Notes under the pieces: generated by a model
What the model saw: only the letters and a program-made list of their open reading frames with translations
Told to the model about the DNA's origin: nothing
Databases searched by the model: none
Position numbers and translations under genes: made by a program
Assembly: GCA_001303125.1 (NCBI GenBank)
Contig: LJNE01000004.1
Span: 1 to 33,688 of the forward strand
DNA from: Parcubacteria bacterium DG_74_1
Lineage (GTDB): Bacteria > Patescibacteriota > Minisyncoccia > Minisyncoccales > DG-74-1
DNA length: 33,688 nt
Direction of reading: 5' to 3'
Part shown: positions 26,195-33,688 of the stretch, piece by piece
How the letters are laid out: each line of letters opens with the position of its first letter
How positions within the stretch are numbered: the stretch's first letter is position 1

Positions 26195-26650
26195 ATGGGC
26201 ATTAGAGATATTTTTAAAAGAAAAAAAATAAAACCGCTTGAGGTTAAAAAAAAGGAGGCTAATGAGATTAAAACTCAACAAATAAAACCTGAACGAGAAG
26301 TAGACAAGGAGAAGGTCAAGGATAAGGGCCGGCCGTCGACGACAACAAAAACTCGGGAGGCAAAAATTACCAAAGCTTACCGTATTTTGAAAATTCCTCA
26401 GGTTACTGAAAAGGCAACTGATTTGACAAAGGAAAACCAATATATTTTTAGAGTCTTTCCAAGAACTAATAAAACAGAGATTAAAAAAGCGATTAATGAT
26501 TTGTACGGAGTAGATGTTTCAGATGTCAAAATTATAAAAGTGCCAGCCAAAAGAAGAAAGATAGGCAGAATTAGTGGCTGGCGAAAGGGATATAAAAAAG
26601 CAATTGTTAGATTAAAGGAAGGACAGAAGATTGAGGTTTTACCTAGATGA
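26195..26650 (+). CDS. rplW: 50S ribosomal protein L23 with basic N-terminal extension
   Basis: P-x-VTEKA, Y-x-F-x-V, K-x-EIK-x-A, KKAIV-x-L. Confidence 0.95.
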   Translation: MGIRDIFKRKKIKPLEVKKKEANEIKTQQIKPEREVDKEKVKDKGRPSTTTKTREAKITKAYRILKIPQVTEKATDLTKENQYIFRVFPRTNKTEIKKAINDLYGVDVSDVKIIKVPAKRRKIGRISGWRKGYKKAIVRLKEGQKIEVLPR

Positions 26651-26690
26651 AGATTAGAAAATCGAAATTTTAAATTTGAAGCAAATTAAA

Positions 26691-27482
26691 ATGACCAAAA
26701 CCCAAAACTCAAAAAAGATATTAACAAAGAAAAAACCGGAAAAAAAATTACTTCTATCTTTAAAGAAAAAAGCTGGTCGCGGAAGATCAGGCAGAATCAC
26801 TGTTCGTCATCGGGGTGGCGGAGCAAAACGGCTTTATCGCTTGATTGATTTTGGACAAGAAAAACTAGAGATTCCGGGAAAGGTCATTGCCTTAGAGTAT
26901 GATCCCAACCGAACAGCTTATATCGCTTTAATTGAATACGAGGACAGTGAGAAAAAATATATTTTAGCACCTAAAGACTTACAAACCGGAGATAAAATTA
27001 TTTGCCAGGAAGCGGCGGAGATAAAGATTGGCAATAGAATAAGATTAATGAATATTCCGGTGGGAGCTCAAGTTTACAATGTTGAATTAGAGCCGGGCAG
27101 GGGCGGAAAAATAGTTAAGGCAGCTGGAACTTCGGCCAAAGTAATTGCCCAGGAACCGCCCTATACTCATTTGGAGCTTCCCTCAAAAGAAATTAGAAAG
27201 ATACCTCAGCAATGCTTCGCCTCGATTGGCCAGGTCTCTCATCCCGAGAAAAGATTTGAGAAGATTGGTAAGGCAGGCAGAAAGAGATTGAAAGGCTGGC
27301 GACCGACTGTCAGGGGGACGGCAATGATTCCGCCTGATCATCCTCATGGCGGCGGCGAAGGAAGATCTCCCATTGGTTTAAAACATCCAAAAACGCCGTG
27401 GGGGAAACCTGCTAAGGGAGTAAAAACTAGAAGAAAAAAATGGACCGAGAGACTAATTATAAAACAGAGAAAACACCGATAG
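26691..27482 (+). CDS. rplB: 50S ribosomal protein L2
   Basis: [32 protein letters not shown]. Confidence 0.98.
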   Translation: MTKTQNSKKILTKKKPEKKLLLSLKKKAGRGRSGRITVRHRGGGAKRLYRLIDFGQEKLEIPGKVIALEYDPNRTAYIALIEYEDSEKKYILAPKDLQTGDKIICQEAAEIKIGNRIRLMNIPVGAQVYNVELEPGRGGKIVKAAGTSAKVIAQEPPYTHLELPSKEIRKIPQQCFASIGQVSHPEKRFEKIGKAGRKRLKGWRPTVRGTAMIPPDHPHGGGEGRSPIGLKHPKTPWGKPAKGVKTRRKKWTERLIIKQRKHR

Positions 27483-27519
27483 TAGAACGATTGGCGTTCG
27501 CTACGGGACAAGAAAAACT

Positions 27520-27849
27520 ATGACGCGTTCACTTAAAAAAGGCCCATACATTTACCAAAAATTATTAGAGAAAGTCAAGAAAACTAAACCCGGGGAAATT
27601 ATCAAGACCTGGTCTCGGGACAGTGTTATTACGCCGGAAATGATTGGTTTTACTTTCGGAGTTCATAATGGCCGAGAGTTTATTCCAGTTAAAGTGACTG
27701 AAGAGATGGTTGGTCATAAACTTGGCGAGTTTTCGCCGACCACCAAATTCTCCAGGCATGGCGGAAGAATGCAGAGAGAATTAGAGGCAAAAGTGACTGA
27801 AAAAGAAGCCGCCCAAATAAAACAGACACCAGAAGAAAAATCAGAATAA
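27520..27849 (+). CDS. rpsS: 30S ribosomal protein S19
   Basis: [22 protein letters not shown]. Confidence 0.98.
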   Translation: MTRSLKKGPYIYQKLLEKVKKTKPGEIIKTWSRDSVITPEMIGFTFGVHNGREFIPVKVTEEMVGHKLGEFSPTTKFSRHGGRMQRELEAKVTEKEAAQIKQTPEEKSE

Positions 27850-27850
27850 T

Positions 27851-28366
27851 ATGTCGGTGACAGCCAAGCTCCCATATTTAAGAATCGCGCCCCGCAAGGT
27901 AAGAATAGTTGCCGATTTAGTGAGAAGAAAATCAGTTGAGGAAGCTCAGGCAATTTTGAATTTTACAACGAAAAAAGCAGCACCGATTTTACTTAAACTT
28001 TTGAAACAAGCTGTTTCCAGCGCCAAAACAAACTTACAATTAGAAGAAAAAAATCTTTATATTTCTAAAATTTTAATTGACGAGGGCCCAAAATACAAAA
28101 GATGGAGGCCGCGAGCCAGGGGAATGGCTACCCCAATTCAGAAAAGAACTTCTCATGTAACCATCGTATTAGATGAGGTCGTGAAAAAACCAAAAAAAGC
28201 TAAGAAGCTTAAAAAGGCCAAAGAAATTCGTCCCGAGCCCGCTAAAGAGAGAGAGTTTAAGAAAATACCGAGGATAGAAAAACCAAAACTAAAACCAGAA
28301 AAAGAAGAGAGAAAGCCAGTAATTGAAAGAGGTATAAGGAGAATTTTCCGACGTAAAGCCTTTTAG
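27851..28366 (+). CDS. rplV: 50S ribosomal protein L22 with basic C-terminal extension
   Basis: RIAPRKVR, PRARG, KRTSHVT. Confidence 0.97.
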   Translation: MSVTAKLPYLRIAPRKVRIVADLVRRKSVEEAQAILNFTTKKAAPILLKLLKQAVSSAKTNLQLEEKNLYISKILIDEGPKYKRWRPRARGMATPIQKRTSHVTIVLDEVVKKPKKAKKLKKAKEIRPEPAKEREFKKIPRIEKPKLKPEKEERKPVIERGIRRIFRRKAF

Positions 28367-28379
28367 TAAAACGTCCACT

Positions 28380-29048
28380 ATGGCTAAAAAAGTTCATCCA
28401 AAAGCATTTAGGATAAAACAAATAACTGATTGGGAGTCTCGAGGATTTTATAAAAAAGACTCTGGGAAGTTGCTGAAAGAGGATTTTGAAATTAGGCAAT
28501 TTTTGAAAAAGAAGATTGGGAAATTAGGGGTGGAGAAAATCCAAATTGAGAGAGCTACAGGGAAAATAAATATTATAATTTTTTCCGCCCGACCCGGTCT
28601 GATTATTGGTCGAGGAGGAGAGGGCGTAGAAGCCTTAAAAAAAGAATTAGAGGAGAAGATTTTGAAAAAAGGAAAAGCAGCCCTCGCTAAAAATAAGGTA
28701 ACTAAAGAAATAAAGCTGGAAATTAGAGAAATCAGAGATCCTTGGGCGTCAGCTGCTTTGGCTGCTCAATATATTTCACAGCAAATTGAAAAAAGAGTTC
28801 CTTATCGGCGAGTTTTAAAACAAGCCCTGGATAAGATTACGACAGTCAAGGGAGTTGAAGGGGCTCGGGTTCAAGTGGCTGGCCGATTAGATGGGATAGA
28901 GATTGCCAGAACTGAGTGGTTAAAAAAAGGTCGTCTTCCGAGGCAGACCTTAAGGGCCGATATTGATTTTGCTCAGGATACGGCTTATTGTACCTACGGA
29001 ACAGTCGGAGTAAGAGTCTGGATTTATAAGGGTGAACGCTTTAGTTAG
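28380..29048 (+). CDS. rpsC: 30S ribosomal protein S3
   Basis: KVHP, RPGLIIGRGG, GRLDGIEIAR, TLRADID. Confidence 0.98.
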   Translation: MAKKVHPKAFRIKQITDWESRGFYKKDSGKLLKEDFEIRQFLKKKIGKLGVEKIQIERATGKINIIIFSARPGLIIGRGGEGVEALKKELEEKILKKGKAALAKNKVTKEIKLEIREIRDPWASAALAAQYISQQIEKRVPYRRVLKQALDKITTVKGVEGARVQVAGRLDGIEIARTEWLKKGRLPRQTLRADIDFAQDTAYCTYGTVGVRVWIYKGERFS

Positions 29049-29136
29049 ATTAAGAGTTTAAATAATAAGATTTAAATTGCGAAGTGTTATTTCAGAAAAA
29101 TCGTAGAAATCTTTAATACCAAATTATAAACCCAAT

Positions 29137-29541
29137 ATGTTGATGCCTCGTAAAGTTAAACATCGGAAGTGGCGGAAAGGTGTTTGCAAAGGGATCGAGA
29201 CTCGGGCAACCGAACTAGTCTTTGGCTCCTTTGGCCTAAAAAGTTTAGGGACAAGACGAATTTCCGCTCGCCAGATTGAAGCTGCCAGACGAGCAATCTT
29301 GCGTTATCTGAAAAAAGGGGGGAAAGTATGGATTAGAATTTTCCCGGCAAAACCAGTTACTAAAAAAGGAATTGAGGTACCAATGGGTGGTGGAAAAGGG
29401 GCAGTTGATCATTACGTTTTTCCAGTTAAGCCAGGTCGAATTATTTTTGAATTAGAAGGAATAAAGGAAGAGACTGCCCGAGAATCCTTAAGAACAGCTG
29501 CTGATAAATTGCCAGTTAAAACTAAATTTATAAAAAAATGA
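29137..29541 (+). CDS. rplP: 50S ribosomal protein L16
   Basis: MLMP, RQIEAAR, WIRIFP, MGGGKG, KLP. Confidence 0.98.
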   Translation: MLMPRKVKHRKWRKGVCKGIETRATELVFGSFGLKSLGTRRISARQIEAARRAILRYLKKGGKVWIRIFPAKPVTKKGIEVPMGGGKGAVDHYVFPVKPGRIIFELEGIKEETARESLRTAADKLPVKTKFIKK

Positions 29542-29542
29542 G

Positions 29543-29645
29543 CCCCGTTAGAAACCTCATGGGATATTTATCGGGGACACTATTTACGAACAAGGATTTG
29601 CTTAAAGTTAACATCAGTTATATAAAAGCAGATTTTTAACGAGAG
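29543..29645. repeat. About 100-bp MITE/REP-like insert at the rplP-rpmC junction
   Basis: Starts CCCCGTTAGAAA and ends TTTTTAACGAGAG (a decayed inverse); arms resemble 16511 and 20639. Confidence 0.5.
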
Positions 29646-29824
29646 TGGAACTAGCTGAGTTACGACAAAGATCAAAAAATGAATTGCAAAAAATGCTTCA
29701 AAGTTCGCAAGAGAGATTGCGACAACTACGGTTTGATTTAGCTGCTGGCAAGATAAAGAATGTTAGGGAAGTCCGAAAAATAAAAAAGGAGATTGCCAGA
29801 ATATTAACCTTGTTAAAACAATAA
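29645..29824 (+). CDS. rpmC: 50S ribosomal protein L29 (GTG start; not in ORF track)
   Basis: [59 protein letters not shown]; syntenic position. Confidence 0.95.
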   Translation: MELAELRQRSKNELQKMLQSSQERLRQLRFDLAAGKIKNVREVRKIKKEIARILTLLKQ

Positions 29825-29828
29825 ACTT

Positions 29829-30059
29829 ATGCCGAAAAGACAACTAACAGGCACAATTATATCAAATAAAATGGCAAAGACGGTAGTGGTTAAGGTTGAA
29901 AAACTGAAGGAGTACCCGAGGTATAAAAAGAGATATAAATTTTCCAAAAAATATAAAGCCCATACCGACCAAAAACATCAAGTCGGCGATAAGGTCATAA
30001 TTGAAGAGTGTAGACCAATTAGCAAAGAGAAAAGATGGAGGGTTATTAGAAAAATTTGA
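29829..30059 (+). CDS. rpsQ: 30S ribosomal protein S17
   Basis: S-x-KM-x-KTVVV, KKYKAH, ECRPISK-x-KRW. Confidence 0.98.
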   Translation: MPKRQLTGTIISNKMAKTVVVKVEKLKEYPRYKKRYKFSKKYKAHTDQKHQVGDKVIIEECRPISKEKRWRVIRKI

Positions 30060-30079
30060 ACTATATTTAGACTATCACT

Positions 30080-30451
30080 ATGATTCAGCCACGCAGTATG
30101 TTAAAAGTTGCTGACAATACAGGAGCAAAGATTCTCCAATGCTTTCATGTCCTCGGTGGCTCAAAAAGAAAATATGCCCAATTAGGAGATGTTATTGTCG
30201 GAACAATAAAAAAAGCCGAACCAAGAAGATTAGTAAAAAAGCACGATGTAGTTAGGGCAGTAATTATTAGGCAGAAAAAATTCTTGCGTCGGCCGACAGG
30301 TATCTATATTCGATTTGATGATAATGCCTGCGTTATTCTGGAAGGAAAGACAAAAGCTCCTAAAGGAGGAAGAATTTTAGGGCCAGTAGCAAGAGAAGTA
30401 AAAGAAAAAGGATTCGAGAAAATAGCGGCATTGGCGGAAGAACTGATATAA
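30080..30451 (+). CDS. rplN: 50S ribosomal protein L14
   Basis: MIQ, VADNTGA, RFDDNA, GPVARE. Confidence 0.98.
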   Translation: MIQPRSMLKVADNTGAKILQCFHVLGGSKRKYAQLGDVIVGTIKKAEPRRLVKKHDVVRAVIIRQKKFLRRPTGIYIRFDDNACVILEGKTKAPKGGRILGPVAREVKEKGFEKIAALAEELI

Positions 30452-30502
30452 TGATAGATACAAGATTAAAGCGAGGTTCACATAAGATTATTTAGCATTT
30501 AT

Positions 30503-30856
30503 ATGAAGATAAAAAAAGGCGATACAGTTTTAATAATTTCAGGAAAAGATAGGGGCAAGAAGGGTAAAGTTTTAGAAGCTCTTTCAAAAGAAGGAAAAAT
30601 TTCGATTGAAGGTATAAACTTGATGAAAAAACATCAGAAACCAAAAAAAAGCGGAGAAAAAGGCCAGATTGTTCAGTTACCAAAACCAATTGATATCTCA
30701 AATGTAAAGTTAATTTGCCCAAAATGCGGAAAGGCTACTAGGATCGGGTACAAATTATTCAAAGAGCATCGCTCTTCTCATGCCTCAGCTGAAGCCTTGG
30801 CGGCAGAAGATAAGAAAAAATACAGAATATGCAAGAAGTGCGGACAAGAAATTTAA
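30503..30856 (+). CDS. rplX: 50S ribosomal protein L24 (Cys-containing, with insertion)
   Basis: KIKKGDTV-x-IISGKDRGK-x-GKV, ISNV, CPKC...CKKC. Confidence 0.97.
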   Translation: MKIKKGDTVLIISGKDRGKKGKVLEALSKEGKISIEGINLMKKHQKPKKSGEKGQIVQLPKPIDISNVKLICPKCGKATRIGYKLFKEHRSSHASAEALAAEDKKKYRICKKCGQEI

Positions 30857-30871
30857 AAATGGATCAATTAT

Positions 30872-31429
30872 ATGCTTAAACTAAAAGATAAATATAATAG
30901 TGAAGCAATTCCCGGAATGATGGAGAGGTTTAATTATAAGAATGCCATGGCGGTTCCTAAACTTGAAAAAACAGTGATTAATGTTGGTTTCGGAAGATTG
31001 ATTGCTGGTAAAAATTCCGACGAGCAGAAAAAGATTCAAAATGTCATCCTAGGGGATCTGAGCTTAATTTCTGGTCAGAAACCAGTTCTTAAGAAAGCCA
31101 AAAAATCAATTTCTGCCTTTAAAACAAGAAAAGGCCAAGTTATCGGAGCTACCGTTATTTTAAGAGGAAGAAAGATGTCTGATTTTTTAGAAAGATTAAT
31201 TCATATTGCTCTCCCCAGATTACGGGATTTTCAAGGAATAGAAACTTCTTCTTTTGATAAAAAGGGAAATTTAACTATCGGAATCAGCGAGCATATTGCT
31301 TTCCCAGAAATTTTACCAGAAAAGGCCAAAAACATTTTTGGTTTAGAGATAACAGTAGTTAGCACAGCGAGAACCCGTGAAGAAGGTATAGAATTATTAA
31401 GATTACTTGGTTTTCCAATAAAACAATGA
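30872..31429 (+). CDS. rplE: 50S ribosomal protein L5
   Basis: VPKLEK, SGQKP, ALPR-x-RDF-x-G, FPEI. Confidence 0.98.
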   Translation: MLKLKDKYNSEAIPGMMERFNYKNAMAVPKLEKTVINVGFGRLIAGKNSDEQKKIQNVILGDLSLISGQKPVLKKAKKSISAFKTRKGQVIGATVILRGRKMSDFLERLIHIALPRLRDFQGIETSSFDKKGNLTIGISEHIAFPEILPEKAKNIFGLEITVVSTARTREEGIELLRLLGFPIKQ

Positions 31430-31611
31430 CGACTAAAGCGCAAATAGCAAAATCGCAAAAGAAACCAAAATATAAAAGTCGAGTTGTCAGACGCTGTTTT
31501 CGTTGTGGGAGAAAAAGAGGATATATGAGAAAATTTGGGTTGTGCAGAATTTGCTTTAGAGAATTGGCTAATCAAGGATTGATACCAGGAGTAAAAAAAT
31601 CATCATGGTAA
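31426..31611 (+). CDS. rpsN: 30S ribosomal protein S14, Zn-binding type Z
   Basis: RCFRCGR...CRICFRE...PGVKKSSW, 61 aa. Confidence 0.98.
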   Translation: MTTKAQIAKSQKKPKYKSRVVRRCFRCGRKRGYMRKFGLCRICFRELANQGLIPGVKKSSW

Positions 31612-31626
31612 ACCGTTGATACAACC

Positions 31627-32013
31627 ATGGATCCTATTTCCGATATGTTAACTTCTATAAGAAATGCTCTGGCCGTGAAACATTCAACGGTTATTATTCC
31701 TTTTTCCAATTTAAAATATGAGATTGCCAAAATTTTTGAAAAAGAAGGCCTTGTTGAGAGAATTGAAAAAAAAGGGAAAAAATCAAAAAGGCTTATTGAG
31801 ATTACCTTGAAATATAGTGATAATGAACCGGCAATTTCGGGATTAAAGAGGATATCGAAACCTGGTCAAAGAATTTACTCTAATTGGAAGAAGATAAAAA
31901 GAGTTAAAGGAGGTTACGGAATGGCGATTATTTCTACTTCAAAAGGTCTAATGACCAACAAAGAGGCCAGAAAAAATAAAGTAGGAGGAGAGATGATTTG
32001 TGAGGTATGGTAA
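31627..32013 (+). CDS. rpsH: 30S ribosomal protein S8
   Basis: DPISDMLT-x-IRNA, SKPG-x-R-x-Y, STSKG, GGE. Confidence 0.98.
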   Translation: MDPISDMLTSIRNALAVKHSTVIIPFSNLKYEIAKIFEKEGLVERIEKKGKKSKRLIEITLKYSDNEPAISGLKRISKPGQRIYSNWKKIKRVKGGYGMAIISTSKGLMTNKEARKNKVGGEMICEVW

Positions 32014-32063
32014 CTATTCTATAGGCGTAGGGTTACCACAAGTAAAATCAAAAGATAAAAATT

Positions 32064-32609
32064 ATGTCAAGAATAGGCAGAAAACCTATTTTAATACCGG
32101 GAGACGCGGAAGTAAAGATTGAGGGCAATGTTATTATCGCCAAAGGTCCTAAGGGTGAGCTTTCTAAAGAATTTAGACCTGAAATTACAATTGAGATAAA
32201 AGAAAGCAGAATTTTTGTTTCACCCCGGATTGAAAACAAGCAAACCAGGGCGTTATGGGGTTTAACCAGAGCCTTAATATCCAATATGGTAAAAGGAGTG
32301 ACCGAGGGTTTTGAAAAAAAATTGGAGATAGAGGGTCTAGGCTTCAAAGCCCAAGTAACAGGAAATGACCTAGAATTGTTTATCGGATTTAGCCATTCTG
32401 TTAAAGTAAGAGCACCAGAAAATGTAAAGTTTACAGTTGAAAAAAATATTATTACTGTCTCTGGCCCCGACTTGGAAAAGGTTTCTCAGATTGCCGCCAA
32501 AATAAGAAAGACAAAACCAGCTGAACCCTATAAAGGCAAGGGAATTAAATATCTCGGTGAGGTAATTAGAAGAAAAGTGGGAAAGAAAGTGGTGACAACG
32601 GCCGTATAA
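32064..32609 (+). CDS. rplF: 50S ribosomal protein L6
   Basis: MSRIG, KGPKGEL, EPYKGKGI. Confidence 0.98.
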   Translation: MSRIGRKPILIPGDAEVKIEGNVIIAKGPKGELSKEFRPEITIEIKESRIFVSPRIENKQTRALWGLTRALISNMVKGVTEGFEKKLEIEGLGFKAQVTGNDLELFIGFSHSVKVRAPENVKFTVEKNIITVSGPDLEKVSQIAAKIRKTKPAEPYKGKGIKYLGEVIRRKVGKKVVTTAV

Positions 32610-32641
32610 AGTTATGTTTGCTGAATTTACAATTCGTCTCA

Positions 32642-32683
32642 CGTTGAGCGAAGCGAAACTAAAGATTAAGTTTTGCTTCAACG
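32642..32683. repeat. Palindromic element in the rplF-rplR spacer
   Basis: GAAGCGAAACT / AGTTTTGCTTC 11-bp stem plus CGTT/AACG. Confidence 0.6.
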
Positions 32684-32710
32684 ATCATCTCAATAAAAAA
32701 ATTTACTTCG

Positions 32711-33037
32711 ATGCTGAAAAAACAAGAAAAAAGATATAGGCGTCGTAAAAAAGTTAGAGCCAAAATATTCGGAACCGCAAAACTACCGCGTCTATCTGTT
32801 TTTAAATCTAATCAGTATATCTATGTTCAATTGATCGATGACGATAAGGGTAGAACGATTGTTTCAGCTAAGGGTAAATTGAACATCAAGCAGGCAAAAA
32901 AAACAGGAGAATTAATTGCCAAAAAAGCCCGGGAAAAAAAGATTGAGAAAGTAGTTTTCGATCGAGGAGGATACGGATACCATGGAAGAGTGAAAGCGAT
33001 AGCCGAAGGAGCTAGAGAAGGAGGACTTAAGTTTTAA
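32711..33037 (+). CDS. rplR: 50S ribosomal protein L18
   Basis: [16 protein letters not shown]-x-YHGRV, AREGGL-x-F. Confidence 0.98.
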   Translation: MLKKQEKRYRRRKKVRAKIFGTAKLPRLSVFKSNQYIYVQLIDDDKGRTIVSAKGKLNIKQAKKTGELIAKKAREKKIEKVVFDRGGYGYHGRVKAIAEGAREGGLKF

Positions 33038-33067
33038 TTTTGAATTCCAAATTTTAAAATTTAAATC

Positions 33068-33559
33068 ATGATTATTCAAAAAAATAAGTTTCTAGGAGAT
33101 AAATTTAGGAAAAAGGACGAATTTGAGTCCAAGCTTTTAGATTTGGCCAGAGTAGCCCATACTAGGGCCGGGGGAAAAAAATTAAGATTTAGGGCAATAA
33201 TCGTTACCGGAGATAAAGCTGGGAAAGTGGGCGTAGGTGTAGCTTCTGGGTTAGATGTCGCCCAGGCGGTGGAAAAAGCTACTTTTCAGGCAAAGAGAAA
33301 TTTAATTAAAATCCCAATTGTTGAAAATACTATTCCTCACGAAGTAGAGGCCAAATTTGGGCCAGCCCAAATTTTGCTTAGACCTCAAAGAAAAGGCCGG
33401 GGTTTGGTAGCCGGCGGAACAGTAAGAATTATCTGTCAGTTAGCTGGGATAAAAAATATTTCATCTAAGGTTTTAAGTAGAACCGGAAATAAATTAAATA
33501 ACGCTAGAGCAACCATAAAAGCGCTCAAAAAAATCAAATATGCAACTTCACGAAATTAA
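33068..33559 (+). CDS. rpsE: 30S ribosomal protein S5
   Basis: RV-x-x-T-x-x-GG, GD-x-x-GKVG, TIPHEV, G-x-GLVAGG. Confidence 0.97.
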   Translation: MIIQKNKFLGDKFRKKDEFESKLLDLARVAHTRAGGKKLRFRAIIVTGDKAGKVGVGVASGLDVAQAVEKATFQAKRNLIKIPIVENTIPHEVEAKFGPAQILLRPQRKGRGLVAGGTVRIICQLAGIKNISSKVLSRTGNKLNNARATIKALKKIKYATSRN

Positions 33560-33688
33560 GCCAATCCATAAATTAAAAAAGTCAAAACGCATTGGCCGCG
33601 GCGGTAAAAGAGGTACTTATTCTGGTCGGGGAATAAAAGGCCAGAAATCTAGGGCCGGCCGGAGGTTTAAGCCGGTTATCAGGGAATT
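33540..33688 (+). CDS. rplO: 50S ribosomal protein L15 (5' part, runs off the window)
   Basis: MQLHEIKP...KRIGRGGKRGTYSGRGIKGQKSRAG; overlaps the rpsE end by 20 nt. Confidence 0.95.
   Translation, partial: MQLHEIKPIHKLKKSKRIGRGGKRGTYSGRGIKGQKSRAGRRFKPVIRE

Noticed and set aside
1119-32681. Numerous minus-strand and nested ORFs in the ORF track (e.g. 1322-1645, 8616-9023, 13357-13782, 14997-15287, 20730-21011, 31231-31575)
   Set aside because: They are shadows of well-supported genes and have no recognisable motifs.
1-33688. Alternative genetic code (TGA recoding) or selenocysteine
   Set aside because: TGA ends rpsJ, rplW, rplP, rpsQ and rplE at expected positions, and no in-frame TGA occurs in conserved genes.
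1-33688. CRISPR array, prophage, integrase or transposase
   Set aside because: No regularly spaced direct repeats or such genes were seen, including next to tRNA-Pro.

Overview
AT-rich bacterial window in the standard genetic code, with almost all genes on the + strand. It is very probably a Patescibacteria/CPR genome (Parcubacteria-like): rpsE runs directly into rplO with no rpmD, several ribosomal proteins carry Lys-rich extensions, and most leaders lack a Shine-Dalgarno sequence. Block 1 (1-16.75 kb) is a tightly packed Fe-S/metal/thiol-redox cluster of anaerobe/archaeal type. It encodes a DUF5320-like tail, two NifB/NifX-family proteins, a stand-alone FMN glutamate-synthase domain, a thioredoxin::ferredoxin-thioredoxin-reductase fusion, an MBL hydrolase, a family-4 UDG, peptide deformylase, a ZnuC/ZnuB-type ABC pair, a MinD-like 4Fe-4S ATPase, a CDF transporter with a Cys-rich tail, DUF134, ferredoxin, a minimal SufC/SufB (SmsCB-like) pair coupled to a CxxC-type MnmA, a MacAB-like exporter, a glutaredoxin::CcdA-like membrane protein, an SDR and DUF1858. 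Block 2 (16.75-19.7 kb) holds a small Zn-ribbon gene missed by the ORF track, an atypical long adenylate kinase, a probable 6S RNA, tRNA-Pro(GGG), rpmB and a site-2 protease. Block 3 (19.7-33.7 kb) is the str-S10-spc ribosomal superoperon from rpsL to a partial rplO. It includes an EF-Tu with an unusual GHVAHGKT P-loop, small palindromic elements in spacers and inside genes, and a possible attenuator before rplC. All family assignments come from motif recognition by eye; no searches were run.
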